From: Leucoraja ocellata
Taxonomy: Eukaryota
Assembly (NCBI GenBank): GCA_036785375.1
Contig: JAWMAR010000008.1
Coordinates: 9,486,001-9,550,000 of the forward strand
Length of the DNA: 64,000 bases
Direction: 5' to 3'
This document shows, piece by piece, positions 23,571-34,492 of this stretch. The notes under the pieces were generated by a model. It saw only the letters and a program-made list of their open reading frames with translations, made no database searches and was not told the origin of the DNA. Each line of letters begins with the position of its first letter. Within the stretch, counting starts at the first letter, position 1. A program made the translations under genes and the position numbers.

Positions 23571-25557
23571 TATATGGAAGAAATTGATCAGATATTTGTT
23601 AAAATATTTTGCAGTGGAATATTACATATTTCAGTAATATGACACCATGCTCAGTAATCAGGAGCAAAATACTACAGTATTTGGATAAAATGTCAAAAAA
23701 AGGAAATATTTAACAAGCCAGGCTGGGACTATGGAGAGAGAACCAGAACCTCAGGTTCATGACATGACATTGCAACCGGGAAAGAAATTGCAAATAAACA
23801 GATTTTCAGATGCAATGAAGGGCATAAGAGGAAGTAAAGTGAGAGTGAAAGAAATTAGATGACAAATAGCTATGATGGTGTAAGTAGATCCTAAAGAGAC
23901 AAATAGGGGATGCATAACTGGCAAATGGAGATGCTCTGAAATCTGAATTCTAAGAAATGAGAGTTGTAGTTTTGTGGAGAGATATAATCACAAAATATTG
24001 AAGATTTATTACAGAAATTCAATAATTTTTTTACATAATTTGGATCTTCAATATTGCCATCACTACATCGGAGATTTACTTTCTCACCTCAAGACTTTAT
24101 CGTTTATCTAATTATATAGAGAATCTTACCAAAAAAGCAAACTATTTCATGAATCATTTCCCATAAAACAGTTTTGAAAGTTTTCTGCCAAACTCTGGAC
24201 ACTTTAGAGGAAAGATTTGATTTTTTTTAATAAGGAATGAGATTTTTTTTTGCCAGGACTTCATTCAGCAGTCACTGTGCTATTTTTAAAATTAACTGGA
24301 TGGCATAAACATGCAAGAGATTTTCAATCCATAAACTAGTAATTTGATTGACAAAGTGTCGTCATTAAACTACAGTTAGAATTCATATATACACAACTCG
24401 GAAAAATAAGTTTTCTGTTTTTTCCTGCATCACCTCTGTGAATTCCAGTTGTGTTACGGCTGAGAACTTGCGTCTTTCATTATTATCTAACAAGATACTG
24501 CCAGAGGGTGCATGTGTATATGTGGGAGGAAGGGGGTGGTGCAGTGGTGATGATGCACGAATGGACAGTTGGGGGCATTAACCACCAAAATCTTTTGCAA
24601 TCCTTATAATTATGCTTAAAAATGTACACGCTGTCCAAGTGCAGTGTTTTATTTTTAAACCATAAGCCATTTCTATGAAAATTATTACCTTCTGAAGCCC
24701 AAGTAATGCATTTAACTGCTGCATTTTGCTGCTGTACACACTCGAGCACATTTAAGCAGCGGGTCGGGTGTTCCATTTTCTCTCTGCAAATGCCAACCAG
24801 TTAATGGTTCATCTACTGTAAATCCGACCATTTAATCTGCTGACATTTTCCAATTTGTAATGCATGACCTGTATGATGCATATGAGGGTGATTATTCCGG
24901 TGAGGAAAGGAATTTCAGTCATTTTTAATAAACGATATTTCTATAGCAACTAGCAAAGCTTAACATTATAAATATTATATCCAGTTTTCTTGTGAAAATG
25001 TTGCCATGTCTGATTAGCTCAAATTGAAAAAATGGAAATTCCAACACTATAAATATAAATGCTCAATAATAATATTGAACAATACCAGAACAGGAACGAA
25101 AGTCCAATAAACTTCAAAGGTATTTTCACTTTCACTATTTGGAATTTGGAATTTTCGATCTATGCGGTGACAAAAATTATTCGTAAAACAACTTATAAAT
25201 GGCATTCAAAAGACTCTTTGAATGTTATTCCTCTTCAGTAAGTTGGCTGTGAAAGACCTTCCCCACATCTTTTTGCAATCAACACCTGGTTGATTTAACG
25301 TGTCTATTTTTACCTCCTGCCCTCTAGTTCTTTCATTGGCAGTGCCCTTCTTGTTGATTGGCATAAATACCTTCCCATCACCTCCCCCTCTGAAAGATGT
25401 ATTACCATATTTTCATGTGAGGGCAGCATCTTCACATTCAGTGACTTACACTCCCAATCTCCACACTGCCACCACCCTCTCATCATTTGCACACGTCCCC
25501 TGCTTTGTATGCTCTCAATTCATAGTTTTTCTCCCAACACTTTCGTAAAATGTCTTA

Positions 25558-25686
25558 CGAAGGATCTCGACCCAAAACATCACCCATTCCTTCTCTCCAG
25601 AGATGCTGCCTGGTCTGCTGAATTACTCCAGCATTTTGTGTCTATCTGCGATTTAAACCAGCCATCTACAGTTCCTTCCTGCACAC
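25558..25686 (+). mobile_element. Penelope 3' end single arm
   Basis: gaaggatctcgacccaaaacatcacccattccttctctccagagatgctgcc...cagttccttcc. Confidence 0.75.
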
Positions 25687-28545
25687 TTTAGGAAAGATTT
25701 TACTGTTGCTTGATTTTGATACTTCACATTCCTTTACGATAGGCTTCAGATACTTCAATCTCAGCGTGAGGCATCATTCACAATTGCAAATGCCCAGTCC
25801 TATCCTGGAAAAGTGTGAGATGGCACAGAAACAAGTACATCTATATGGTGATGGTGGAAGGTGAAGGGTAAAGTCGATGACTGTGTTGTTTGGTGTTGTG
25901 TTGTGACTGGTTGTTGAGCCCGCCTCCCATGCCCCTTGTTGCCCTCTGCACACTGAAGTGGAGGGCGGCAGCCGGAGGCAGTGGTTGCAAGTTGTGATGT
26001 TGGAATGGGAAGACGCATGTTAGGCTGGGTGAGCGAGCGCAGCCTGTAGCAGCTGCATGGAACGGCAGCGGCCATAAAAGGAACCAATAAGATAGCCCTG
26101 GGTCAGGGCAACCCTCACACCATCGATCCAGTGCCACCAGGCCACTGGGACTTAAAGTGAGAAAGTATAAAAAGCAGATCTCCCGAGGCCAAGATCGAAC
26201 TTGTGATTTTCGGGGACTGGATATTTGAAAATGGCAAGAGAGTGCCAGAACATACTGTTCCAGAAGATTATCTAATATGATCCACAACAATAATTCCATG
26301 CTCATACTTGTGTACGATTGTATTCATGGTATAAATTGATTGGATAACATGCAAAACAAAGTTTGTCATTGTATCTCAGTACACGTGACAATAATAAACT
26401 AAACTAAAACAAGCTATCGTAACAGAGTTCACTATTTCCGAAAACCTTTGCTGGTTTTTTTCTACCTGTATAATGCAATTGAGAAACTAATTTTTTTTTT
26501 CCCAGAGTGAATTGCGGTGATGCAGGGGTTAAAACAAGTTTTTCAGCTAAAATGGAGGTGTCTGTTAATAGTCCCTATGTCGAGCAAGCGGGCTCTCTTA
26601 GAAGAGAAATTAGATGCTTAGGAAAATAATTAGGCTCAGTTGAAAGAACTAGTAAATCAAAGGCCTCAGATTATGTAACCTCAAGGACATGCATTAGTAA
26701 GACAACAAATGTTATATTTCCCCAAATATCTCTGAGATGAGTTCAATCCTGATACCATAAATAACCCCTGTTCCCTTCACTCAGAAAGATACCTAGTTTT
26801 AAAAACATGGTTGACTTTTGTTTGTAGATCAAGGAAGAATTGATGGCTCCTTGACTTATCAGTGCATGTTGTGTGTGAGCTCACTCTACTTCGCCTTGGA
26901 CCGGGATCTGGAATGGTGCCAGTACACTCAAGTACTTCAGAGCAGCCATTGCATACAGGAGTCCTGGATGGGTACAAGGCTAGGAGATGCTACCACCCTC
27001 TGCTAGTAGCAATGAACTGTCAATGTTGTTTTATTCATTCTTTTCCTGCACTTTACTTTATGTTGCTTTATTCATTCTTGGACGATTTCTACAGGTGTCC
27101 CTTGTTCCCCATTATGCTCAAAGAAGGAGTGCAGACTGATACATGCCCATGAATTTCTGAGAAGATAATTGGGCAGGATGACAATGGCAACTCGCCACAG
27201 GATATGGAGATTGTGTTTATCTCATGGACAATTTTATTTTCAGTAGCGTAATACTGAAATAAACAATTATGCAATAGAACTTTACAGCCTACATGTCTCA
27301 TTTTCTTCTGATAAGATTTGCTGTTAAGCCCAAAACACATGACGTTGCAAGGTGTCCAGCTGCAGCTCCCTTCACCAGAAATTCATGCTTCACATCTGCA
27401 ATGACGCAAGTGCTGACTCCGCATATTTGTACTGTGACGAAAACAATGGCAATTAAATGCATTTTATGCTACAGCCATGGCATGTGTCCATCTTTGAAAT
27501 GCCATTTGGGACCAACAAATTTAATTTCATTATGAATTATTTAACTAAGAAGCTGATGGACTATTCCTGCTACTTTATTTTGATTGCATAGTTTCAGAAT
27601 GAATGAGAAATTCGCCAGAAGATGTGAACACTATCAGAATTATGATGACTACCTTTTTTTTAAACTCAGTTTGACTTGAACATAAGGGAAAGAGATTATA
27701 TTAAATACAAAATGTCGTTATTTTGCAATCGCTTAAAATGCTTAAAATTCAAATAAAATGTCAATATACTTTACTTTCTCTATATTTGTACTGCCTCTTT
27801 GCGTAATAAGTGACTGCATTGCATTGCATTGCCTACATTTATATTGCTCACATTCAATATACAGTTCACATCCCAAAGGACAATTCCACAGCAGCGCAGT
27901 TTGATTCTATCTTTAAATAAATAATGAACTGGCAGCCTCACCTATAAATTGTCTCCTCTTTCTGCATTCTTCTCTGTCAACTAAACTAATATATCTTTCT
28001 TAACTATTCATCCCCTAGCTTTGGATCCAATGCGCATTGTGTAAGTAGTCTCTCTTCACTCAGATCAAAAAACATATTTATCTAATGCCATCGGCACAAA
28101 AGCAGACTGATTTTTCCATCCTCTCAGGCTATATACTGTAAATATCAAGCCAGTAACCATGACTTTCTTTTAACTTACTTGCTTCCAGGCCTCAGAACAG
28201 AAGGTCAAAAACTGCAGCCAGGGGGCCTCAGCTGTGTGGCAACTCATTATGCACATACTTTGTGGTCATGCTATGCGTACAGCATATGTGCAGTTCCAAA
28301 CTTACCCGCATATATACTATGCCACAGAAAGAGGTAATTTAGTCTATTGGGTCCATGGTGACTCTCTACAAAGCAATCCCATCAGCACCGTTTCCCTTCC
28401 TTATTTCTCTCTCATGCATCCATGAACTCCCATTTACACTTTTTTTGACACTTACCTACACTAATGATAATGTGCAGTGGCCAATTAACCCATCGTAGCA
28501 CGTCTTTGAAATGTGGGAGGAAATTAGGGCGTCCGAAGGAAAGTA

Positions 28546-28681
28546 CGGCACAATGGTGCAGCTAGTGGAGCTACGGCCTCACGGGTCTGATGGACGGAAA
28601 TCCAATCCTGGCTTCCAGTGCTGTTTGCATGTATTTGCTTGTCCTCCCCATGGCCATACTGGTATTTTACGGGGTGCACCA
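28546..28681 (+). mobile_element. Old V-SINE 5' half, continued at 31492-31600 after LTR insertion
   Basis: ggcacaatggtgcagctagtggagct head; ...ggggtgCACCA|gttttcacccacatc is restored on removing the LTR element. Confidence 0.7.
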
Positions 28682-28825
28682 TGCAATGTATTCATACATA
28701 TTCATGTATATGTTAATGAGTTGGTGTTCAATATAAGCAGGGAATGTTGGGTAATAAATCTCTCTCTCATGATCCAGGCAACCAGCGTGTAAGTTGTTAT
28801 TCATTCTGCCGTCCGGAATACAGCA
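28682..28825 (+). repeat. 5' LTR (144 bp)
   Basis: Starts TG, ends CA, contains TATAA and AATAAA, and matches 31371-31491. Confidence 0.9.
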
Positions 28826-28829
28826 AAAT

Positions 28830-28847
28830 TGGCGAGGAGGATGGGAT
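28830..28847 (+). promoter_or_regulatory. Primer-binding site complementary to tRNA-Ser(GCT)
   Basis: TGGCGAGGAGGATGGGAT versus expected TGGCGACGAGGATGGGAT (17/18), 4 nt after the LTR. Confidence 0.85.
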
Positions 28848-29172
28848 AGAGTTTGTGAACTCATCCTTTAAATACAGTGCAGGACTGATTTGCAACATGC
28901 AGTATTGTTTAACATTTTAAACAGTAAATACGGAGTTGTGTCGCAGTTGTTTGCGAGCTGGACACGATAGGCCACAGATCCTTCTATGCAGGGGACTGTA
29001 GTTTAAAATAGCAGCTGTACAAATCAGCGAGAATTTGTCAGGCAATCTCTATGTTGGGTCTACGTGGCAAGATGATGTCCTTGGGATTGTATAACATTTT
29101 AGATTGAGTTTTTCTTTGTCGAGTTCCTCAAGCTGTATAGCCTTTGTGCAGATAAGTTTTAGGTGAATTGTT

Positions 29173-30343
29173 AGATATAGATATGCCATTTATTGTCACT
29201 ATACATGTACAGTGAAACTGAAAGCTGCTCGTACTCAGTGCATACATACAATTTAGCACAAAAAACAAGAAACAGAAAAAAACAAAAAACAGAAGGGAGA
29301 TGGGGGGGGGGGGGGAATAGGTGCACAAATTCTGCGGCGCTACATTCATATATACATATATACAGATGGAAGTCCGTGTTGGGCGGTGTAGTCAGTGCAT
29401 GTGTGAATTTGAATTTATAGTAGATATAATTCTCGGGAAGCAACTATTCCTGAGTCTGTTTGTCCTGGATTTGATGCACCTATAGCGCCTTCCAGAGGGC
29501 AGCAGGTCGAACAGTCCAAACGCAGGATGGGAGCTGTCTTTGATGATCTTCTTTGCCCTGCTAAGGCAGCGGGAGGTGTAGATGTCCATCAGGGAGGGGA
29601 GAGGGCAGCCAATGATCCTCTGCGCTGTCCTGGTTACCCTCTGAAGCCTCTCCCTGTCTGCCATGGTGCAGCTGCCATACCATGCTGTAATGCAGTATGT
29701 CAGCAGGCTCTCGATGGACGAGCGGTAGAAGGTCAGCAGCAGGTTAGAGTCCAGGTTGTGCTTCCTGAGGACCCTCAGGAAGTGCAGCCGCTGCTGAGCC
29801 TTCTTGATGACCGCTGTCGTGTTGTCCGTCCAGGAGATGTCAGCAGCGATATGGACACCGAGAAACCGGAAGGTGTTGACCCTCTCCACACACTCGCCGT
29901 TGATGTGTAGGGGGGCTAAGTCGGTGCTGTGCCTCCTGAAGTCGACAATGAGCTCTTTTGTTTTCCTGGTGTTCAGAGCCAGATTGTTTTCTGAGCACCA
30001 GGTTGTCAACTTCAGGACTTCCTCTCTGTAGGCTGCCTCGTCTCCCTTCGAAATAAGTCCGACCACACTAGTGTCGTCAGCAAATTTGACGATGCGGTTG
30101 TTGTTGTGGGCCGGACTACAGTCGTAGGAGTAGAGACAGTATAAGAGGGGGCTTAGCACACAGCCCTGTGGGGAACCGGTACTCAACCTGCGAGTGGAGG
30201 AGAGGTGGGGGCCGAGTCTCACAGTCTGGGGCCGGTTGATGAGGAAATCCTTTATCCAGGCACATGTGACAGTGGGGAGGCCGAGAGTGACCAGTTTACC
30301 TATGAGAATGTCCGGAATGATTGTATTAAAGGCTGAACTAAAA
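29173..30343 (-). mobile_element. 5'-truncated Rex1/Babar LINE with uninterrupted RT C-half, inserted in the Gypsy leader
   Basis: [61 protein letters not shown]; stop at 29392; short tandem tail. Confidence 0.95.
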
Positions 30344-30405
30344 CACCAGAACAGACAGGATATCGGGGTTTTGAACTGACCTTTTTTAAAAAAAAAGAGA
30401 ATTAC

Positions 30406-30808
30406 ATGATGGCTGCATCCACGGGTTACATCAGAAACCTTGGCACTATCGACAAGAGTAGAGAGCCGTTCAGCTCCTGTATGGAGAGAGCGAACATGTT
30501 TTTCACGGCAAAAAACATAATGGAGATCAGTGATGAAGGAGAGATAGTGACTGAAACAAATACGGCCGTTTGCGAACGCATGAAAGCGATTCTGCTCACG
30601 GAGATCGGTCCTGAAAGGCACACTTGTGAATCTCCTTGCGCCCATAAAGGCAAAAGACGTGCCATTCAATGACATTATGAAGAAGTTGGAGGAGCACCTC
30701 TACCCATAGCCTCTGGAAATTACAGAACGCTATAAATTTGGCACTAGAAACCAGAAGCAGAATGAGACAATCAATGAGTACATTGTTGCCTTGAAAAACT
30801 TAACTTAA
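30406..30808 (+). pseudogene. gag: Gypsy gag remnant
   Basis: [13 protein letters not shown]...[11 protein letters not shown], then a frameshift to [40 protein letters not shown] (Gypsy capsid motif ERxxFxxRxQxxxETIxEY). Confidence 0.8.
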
Positions 30809-30810
30809 GA

Positions 30811-31115
30811 TACTTAGTTGAAGTTGGAGATAGGATCAATAGTGTTCATGTTGATCAAATGATTCCAGCCAAAGATGAACCAAAAACTGAGCAAGAAGTC
30901 CTAATCCCTGAGTTTTTATCTGAGTGAGTTTGGAAGAGACCACTGTGATTGAAACACAAAGTTCAGTTAGTACAGACAAAGAAACAGATTGCTCTGGTCA
31001 AAGTCAGGGTACTAAAACAGAGCCAAACAAGCCTACAGTTAAGTTTACACCTAAACCTGTTACGCCTGTTACTGTTAGACAATCAGGCAGGATCCGTAAC
31101 CAGTGGTCAGGTTAG
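30811..31115 (+). pseudogene. Gypsy integrase C-terminal remnant
   Basis: YLVEVGDRINSVHVDQM ... VRQSGRIRN resembles the HVDQL and RRSxR motifs at Gypsy pol ends. Confidence 0.6.
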
Positions 31116-31288
31116 ATTTGTAAGTTAAGTAACTCACTGTAAAATGAAAACGTGTAGATATGTAAAATAAATATATTATGTTTATCATTTAAAATTTCAT
31201 GAAAACTGGTATCTTATGAAAATTTCATGAAATCAAGTATCACAGCAACAAAATTGTAACTGTGTGCATAGATTTAATACTTAAAAAA

Positions 31289-31363
31289 GATCAGCCATGA
31301 TCACATTGAATGGCTTGAAGGGCCCAATGGTCTACTCCTGCACCTATTGTCTATTGTCTATTG
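31289..31363 (+). mobile_element. CR1 extreme 3' tail inserted into the polypurine tract
   Basis: gatcagccatgatcacattgaatggc...cctattgtctattgtctattg lies between aaaaaaga and agagcag. Confidence 0.75.
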
Positions 31364-31370
31364 AGAGCAG

Positions 31371-31491
31371 TGTAATGTATTCATACATATTCATGTAAAT
31401 GTTAATGAGTTGGTGTTCAATATAAGCAGGGGATGTTGGGTGATAAATCAGGGTGTAAGTTGCTATTCATTCTGCCGTCCGGAATATAACA
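31371..31491 (+). repeat. 3' LTR (121 bp)
   Basis: Matches the 5' LTR apart from an ~23-bp indel and a few substitutions. Confidence 0.9.
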
Positions 31492-31774
31492 CACCAGTTT
31501 TCACCCACATCACAAGATAGGCTGATTGACCACTGTAAATTGCTTCTGGTATTTTGGCAAGCAGTGGAATAAAATAGGATTAACATAGGATTGGTGTAAC
31601 TTGGTGCTTGATGACTGGTGTGGATTTGATGGACCATGGGGTCTGTTTCCTTGGAAACCAGCCGGAAATATATTGGAATACCAGGGTAAGAGAGACACAA
31701 GTGAGGTTTCAAGAACAGATTACCTCAGGCAGCAGTCAAGACAAATAAGACCAGAAGACATAGGAGCAGTATTA

Positions 31775-32328
31775 TGGGCTTGTCCCACTTAGGCGATTTT
31801 TTCGGCGACTGCCGGCGACTGTCATAGTCATAGCAGGTCGCTGAAAAAATGGCGGCTGGAACCCCTTATGACAATGTCTACGACAACCTACCGCCTAGTC
31901 GACATTAAGCTATGGCAAGCTACCGACAACCGGCGACCGATAGGACGTCCACCTACGACCACACCTGCAACAACCTACGTCCACCCACGACAAGCTACAA
32001 CAAGGTAAGACAATTCAGTCGCCGGTACGTGTCGACAGTTGACGTAGGTAGTTGTCAATGGAATTCACAGAAGTCAGCACCGGGTCACAACCTACATCTT
32101 CCTGGCGACAACCTACGACAGCACCTACATCAGGAGAAGTCAAGCTACGACAAGCCCACGGCCGCCGACTGTCGTCAAAAAGTTTTGAGCATTTCAAAAT
32201 CCAGCGACGACCAGAAAAACGCTACAATTCTTTGGGTGACTGTGGAGACCATACAGGTGACACCTCGGCGAACATGTGATGACTGCCTAGTGGGATCGCC
32301 TAAAAATCGCCTAAGTGGGACAGGGGCT
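31775..32328. mobile_element. PIF/Harbinger-like MITE, TTA TSD
   Basis: TIR TGTCCCACTTAGGCGATTTTT. It splits the CR1 tail ataggagcagtaTTAggctattcagccc. Confidence 0.9.
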
Positions 32329-32331
32329 TTA

Positions 32332-32635
32332 GGCTATTCAGCCCATCGAGTCTACTCCACTATTCAATCATGGCCGATTTATTTTTCCCTCTCAACCCCA
32401 TTCTTTTGACTTCTCCGTAACCTTTAACACCCTTTCCAATTAAGAACCTATCAATATCTGTCATATGTTTCCCAATGTCTTGCCCTCCACAGCCATTTGT
32501 AATCACAGCTTCTCCACCCTCTGTCTAAAGAAAATCATCCTCAGGTCTATTTTAGAGGTACACCCTTTTATTCTAAGACTATGCTCTTTGGTTCTAGACC
32601 CCCCATTTCTGGAAACATCCGTTCCACGTCCACAA
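32332..32635 (-). mobile_element. CR1 3' fragment (continues at 31745-31771)
   Basis: ctattcaatcatggccgat..., ccctctgtctaaagaaa, ccttttattctaagactatg. Confidence 0.8.
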
Positions 32636-33487
32636 ATGATGTTTGGAGGTGGAAGTAGACACTGCTTATTTGGTTAAAGCTCATCTCAGGTTCAAAGCGC
32701 AGTCGCATGATATCTCCTTTAACCTCTGGCAGCAGTCCAGAAGAGGGATGTAGTCAATGGGTGGCTAGCCTTGTGGTGCAGACCAAACACATTATATCAG
32801 ATCCCACTGACCAAGCTTGTACAACATATTCCCCTATTACATACCATATCTCCTCACTATTTGAAGATGCATGGGACATGATCATACTCTTTTTGCTTCT
32901 TAATTATAACCAAACGGATGTGTGTTTAATTTTTAAGTTGCTTCCAATTGACTATTTAATCCATTGGACTGTTCCAGAACTTGCAATCTATTTTGTTCAC
33001 TAGGAAATAATTTTGGCAAGAAAGAGGCAAAGAAAACTTTCAAACAAAGAGAACTGTTTTCTAAAAGCAACTCAAAAATGAAAGTGACATTTGTTCATTT
33101 GTGAAGTCTTGCTTGCGTTTACTGTTTGACAGCTGTACGAATGTGAAGTTTTTTCATCAGAAGAAGTGTGATGTTAAATCACTTCTATTGATGGTGCAGT
33201 TGCATCTAAAGTGAAACCTCCTCCGATTAATATTTATAGAATAGGTTTTGTGGCAAAACTATAAAAATAATTCTGGTATATCTTTTTCAACGCATCAAAA
33301 AAATCTCCGTATGTGACATTTCATGCTCTCCCTCTGCCAGATGGTGTAAACCAGCTTTGCAAGGTTTCAAAACGTTAAGTTTTAAAATGGTTTAAGCTCA
33401 CTATGAATCATAACTAATTTAAAAAACATGTCATTTTCCTGGTTTGGGGTCCCATGGTTTGGCCTTGAACGTTTTTCAGTGAAGAGA

Positions 33488-33650
33488 CTCCAAAGACATA
33501 CAGGTTTGTAAGTTACTTGGCTTGGTGCAAGTGTAAATTGTCCCTAGTGTATGTCGGATAGTGTTAATGTGCAGGGATCGGTGGCCGCTGCGGATTCGGT
33601 GCGCCGAAGGGCCTGTTTCCACGCTGTATCTCTAAATTAAAAACTAAAAA
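33488..33650 (+). mobile_element. HE1 V-SINE 3' half
   Basis: ctccaaagacatacaggtttgt...gggcctgtttccacgctgtatctctaaa. Confidence 0.85.
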
Positions 33651-33763
33651 GAGATTGTTTGTTAAGACTAAAAAATCTAAATCTTCTAAAGTAATTTGTT
33701 ATAAATTCATTAGCTTCTTGAAAGGAATATTAAAATATCACTGCATGGTTCATTCATACTGAT

Positions 33764-33820
33764 TCATATTTGAGCATCAGCATTGTGGTTCTGAATCGCA
33801 ATGCAGATGTTCAAATATGA
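33764..33820. repeat. 57-nt near-perfect inverted repeat
   Basis: tcatatttgagcatcagcattgtggttc / gaatcgcaatgcagatgttcaaatatga: 24 Watson-Crick pairs, 3 G-U and 1 mismatch on the plus strand. Confidence 0.85.
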
Positions 33821-34199
33821 GGCATACGTTCTTGTTAAGGGAGGCAGGATTATGATCATTAATACCAAGACAATTTTGATCAGCTAACTTTTGCAAGTTA
33901 GTCATGCAGCTGATGTGCAAGGCTCCTGCCCTTTACAACGGACAGTTGATATAAAATCACATCACATCACCCTGCTGCAGGTCATGTGGCTGGTTAAGAA
34001 GCGTTTTACTGAATGATAACTGGAGATATTTGTGGATGAATTTCAAAACCAGGGGTAGGATGTGCCTGTAGGAACCAGGAGTCCTTTGAGGCATTGGCAT
34101 CTCAGTGCTGGCAGTAAGTTGTGGGGAAGGTGTCTGACCCCATTCAGCATCAGGATCTTACAAGATATGTCAGGCCGAGAAAGCCTGGACTTTCAATTA

Positions 34200-34492
34200 G
34201 GGGCAGCGCAGTGGTGCATATGGTAGAGCTGCTGCCTCACAGCACTGGAGACACAAGTTTGCACTTTTTCCCTGTGACTGCGTGGGTTTCCTCCTGGTGC
34301 TCCGGTTTCCTCCCACATCCCAAAGACATGTGAGCTTGTAGGTTAGCCTCTGTAAGTTGCCCCTGGTGTGTAGGGAGTGGATGCAAAATTGGTATTGCAT
34401 AAAAAACATGCGTTCACGGCTGATCGATCGTTAGTGTGGACCTGGTTGGTCAAAGGGCCAGTTTCAATGTTGCATCTCTAAACTAAATTAAA
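34200..34492 (+). mobile_element. HE1-type V-SINE
   Basis: ggggcagcgcagtggtgc head, V domain and aaact tail. Confidence 0.85.

Larger units (their letters stand above)
28682..31491 (+). mobile_element. Internally deleted Ty3/Gypsy (Mag-like) LTR retrotransposon, CACCA TSD
   Basis: Direct-repeat LTRs TG...CA, PBS, gag remnant and integrase C-terminal remnant. TSD at 28677-81 and 31492-96. Confidence 0.9.

Noticed and set aside
28234-28326. Nested short inverted repeats (tgtggca/tgccaca, tgcacata/tatgtgca)
   Set aside because: The stems are short and out of register, with large bulges. Not a convincing hairpin RNA.
31860-32170. CRISPR-like or coding interpretation of the repeated CTACGAC motifs and the 165-aa ORF
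   Set aside because: Motifs are short, irregularly spaced and lie inside a TIR/TSD-bounded MITE in a vertebrate genome.
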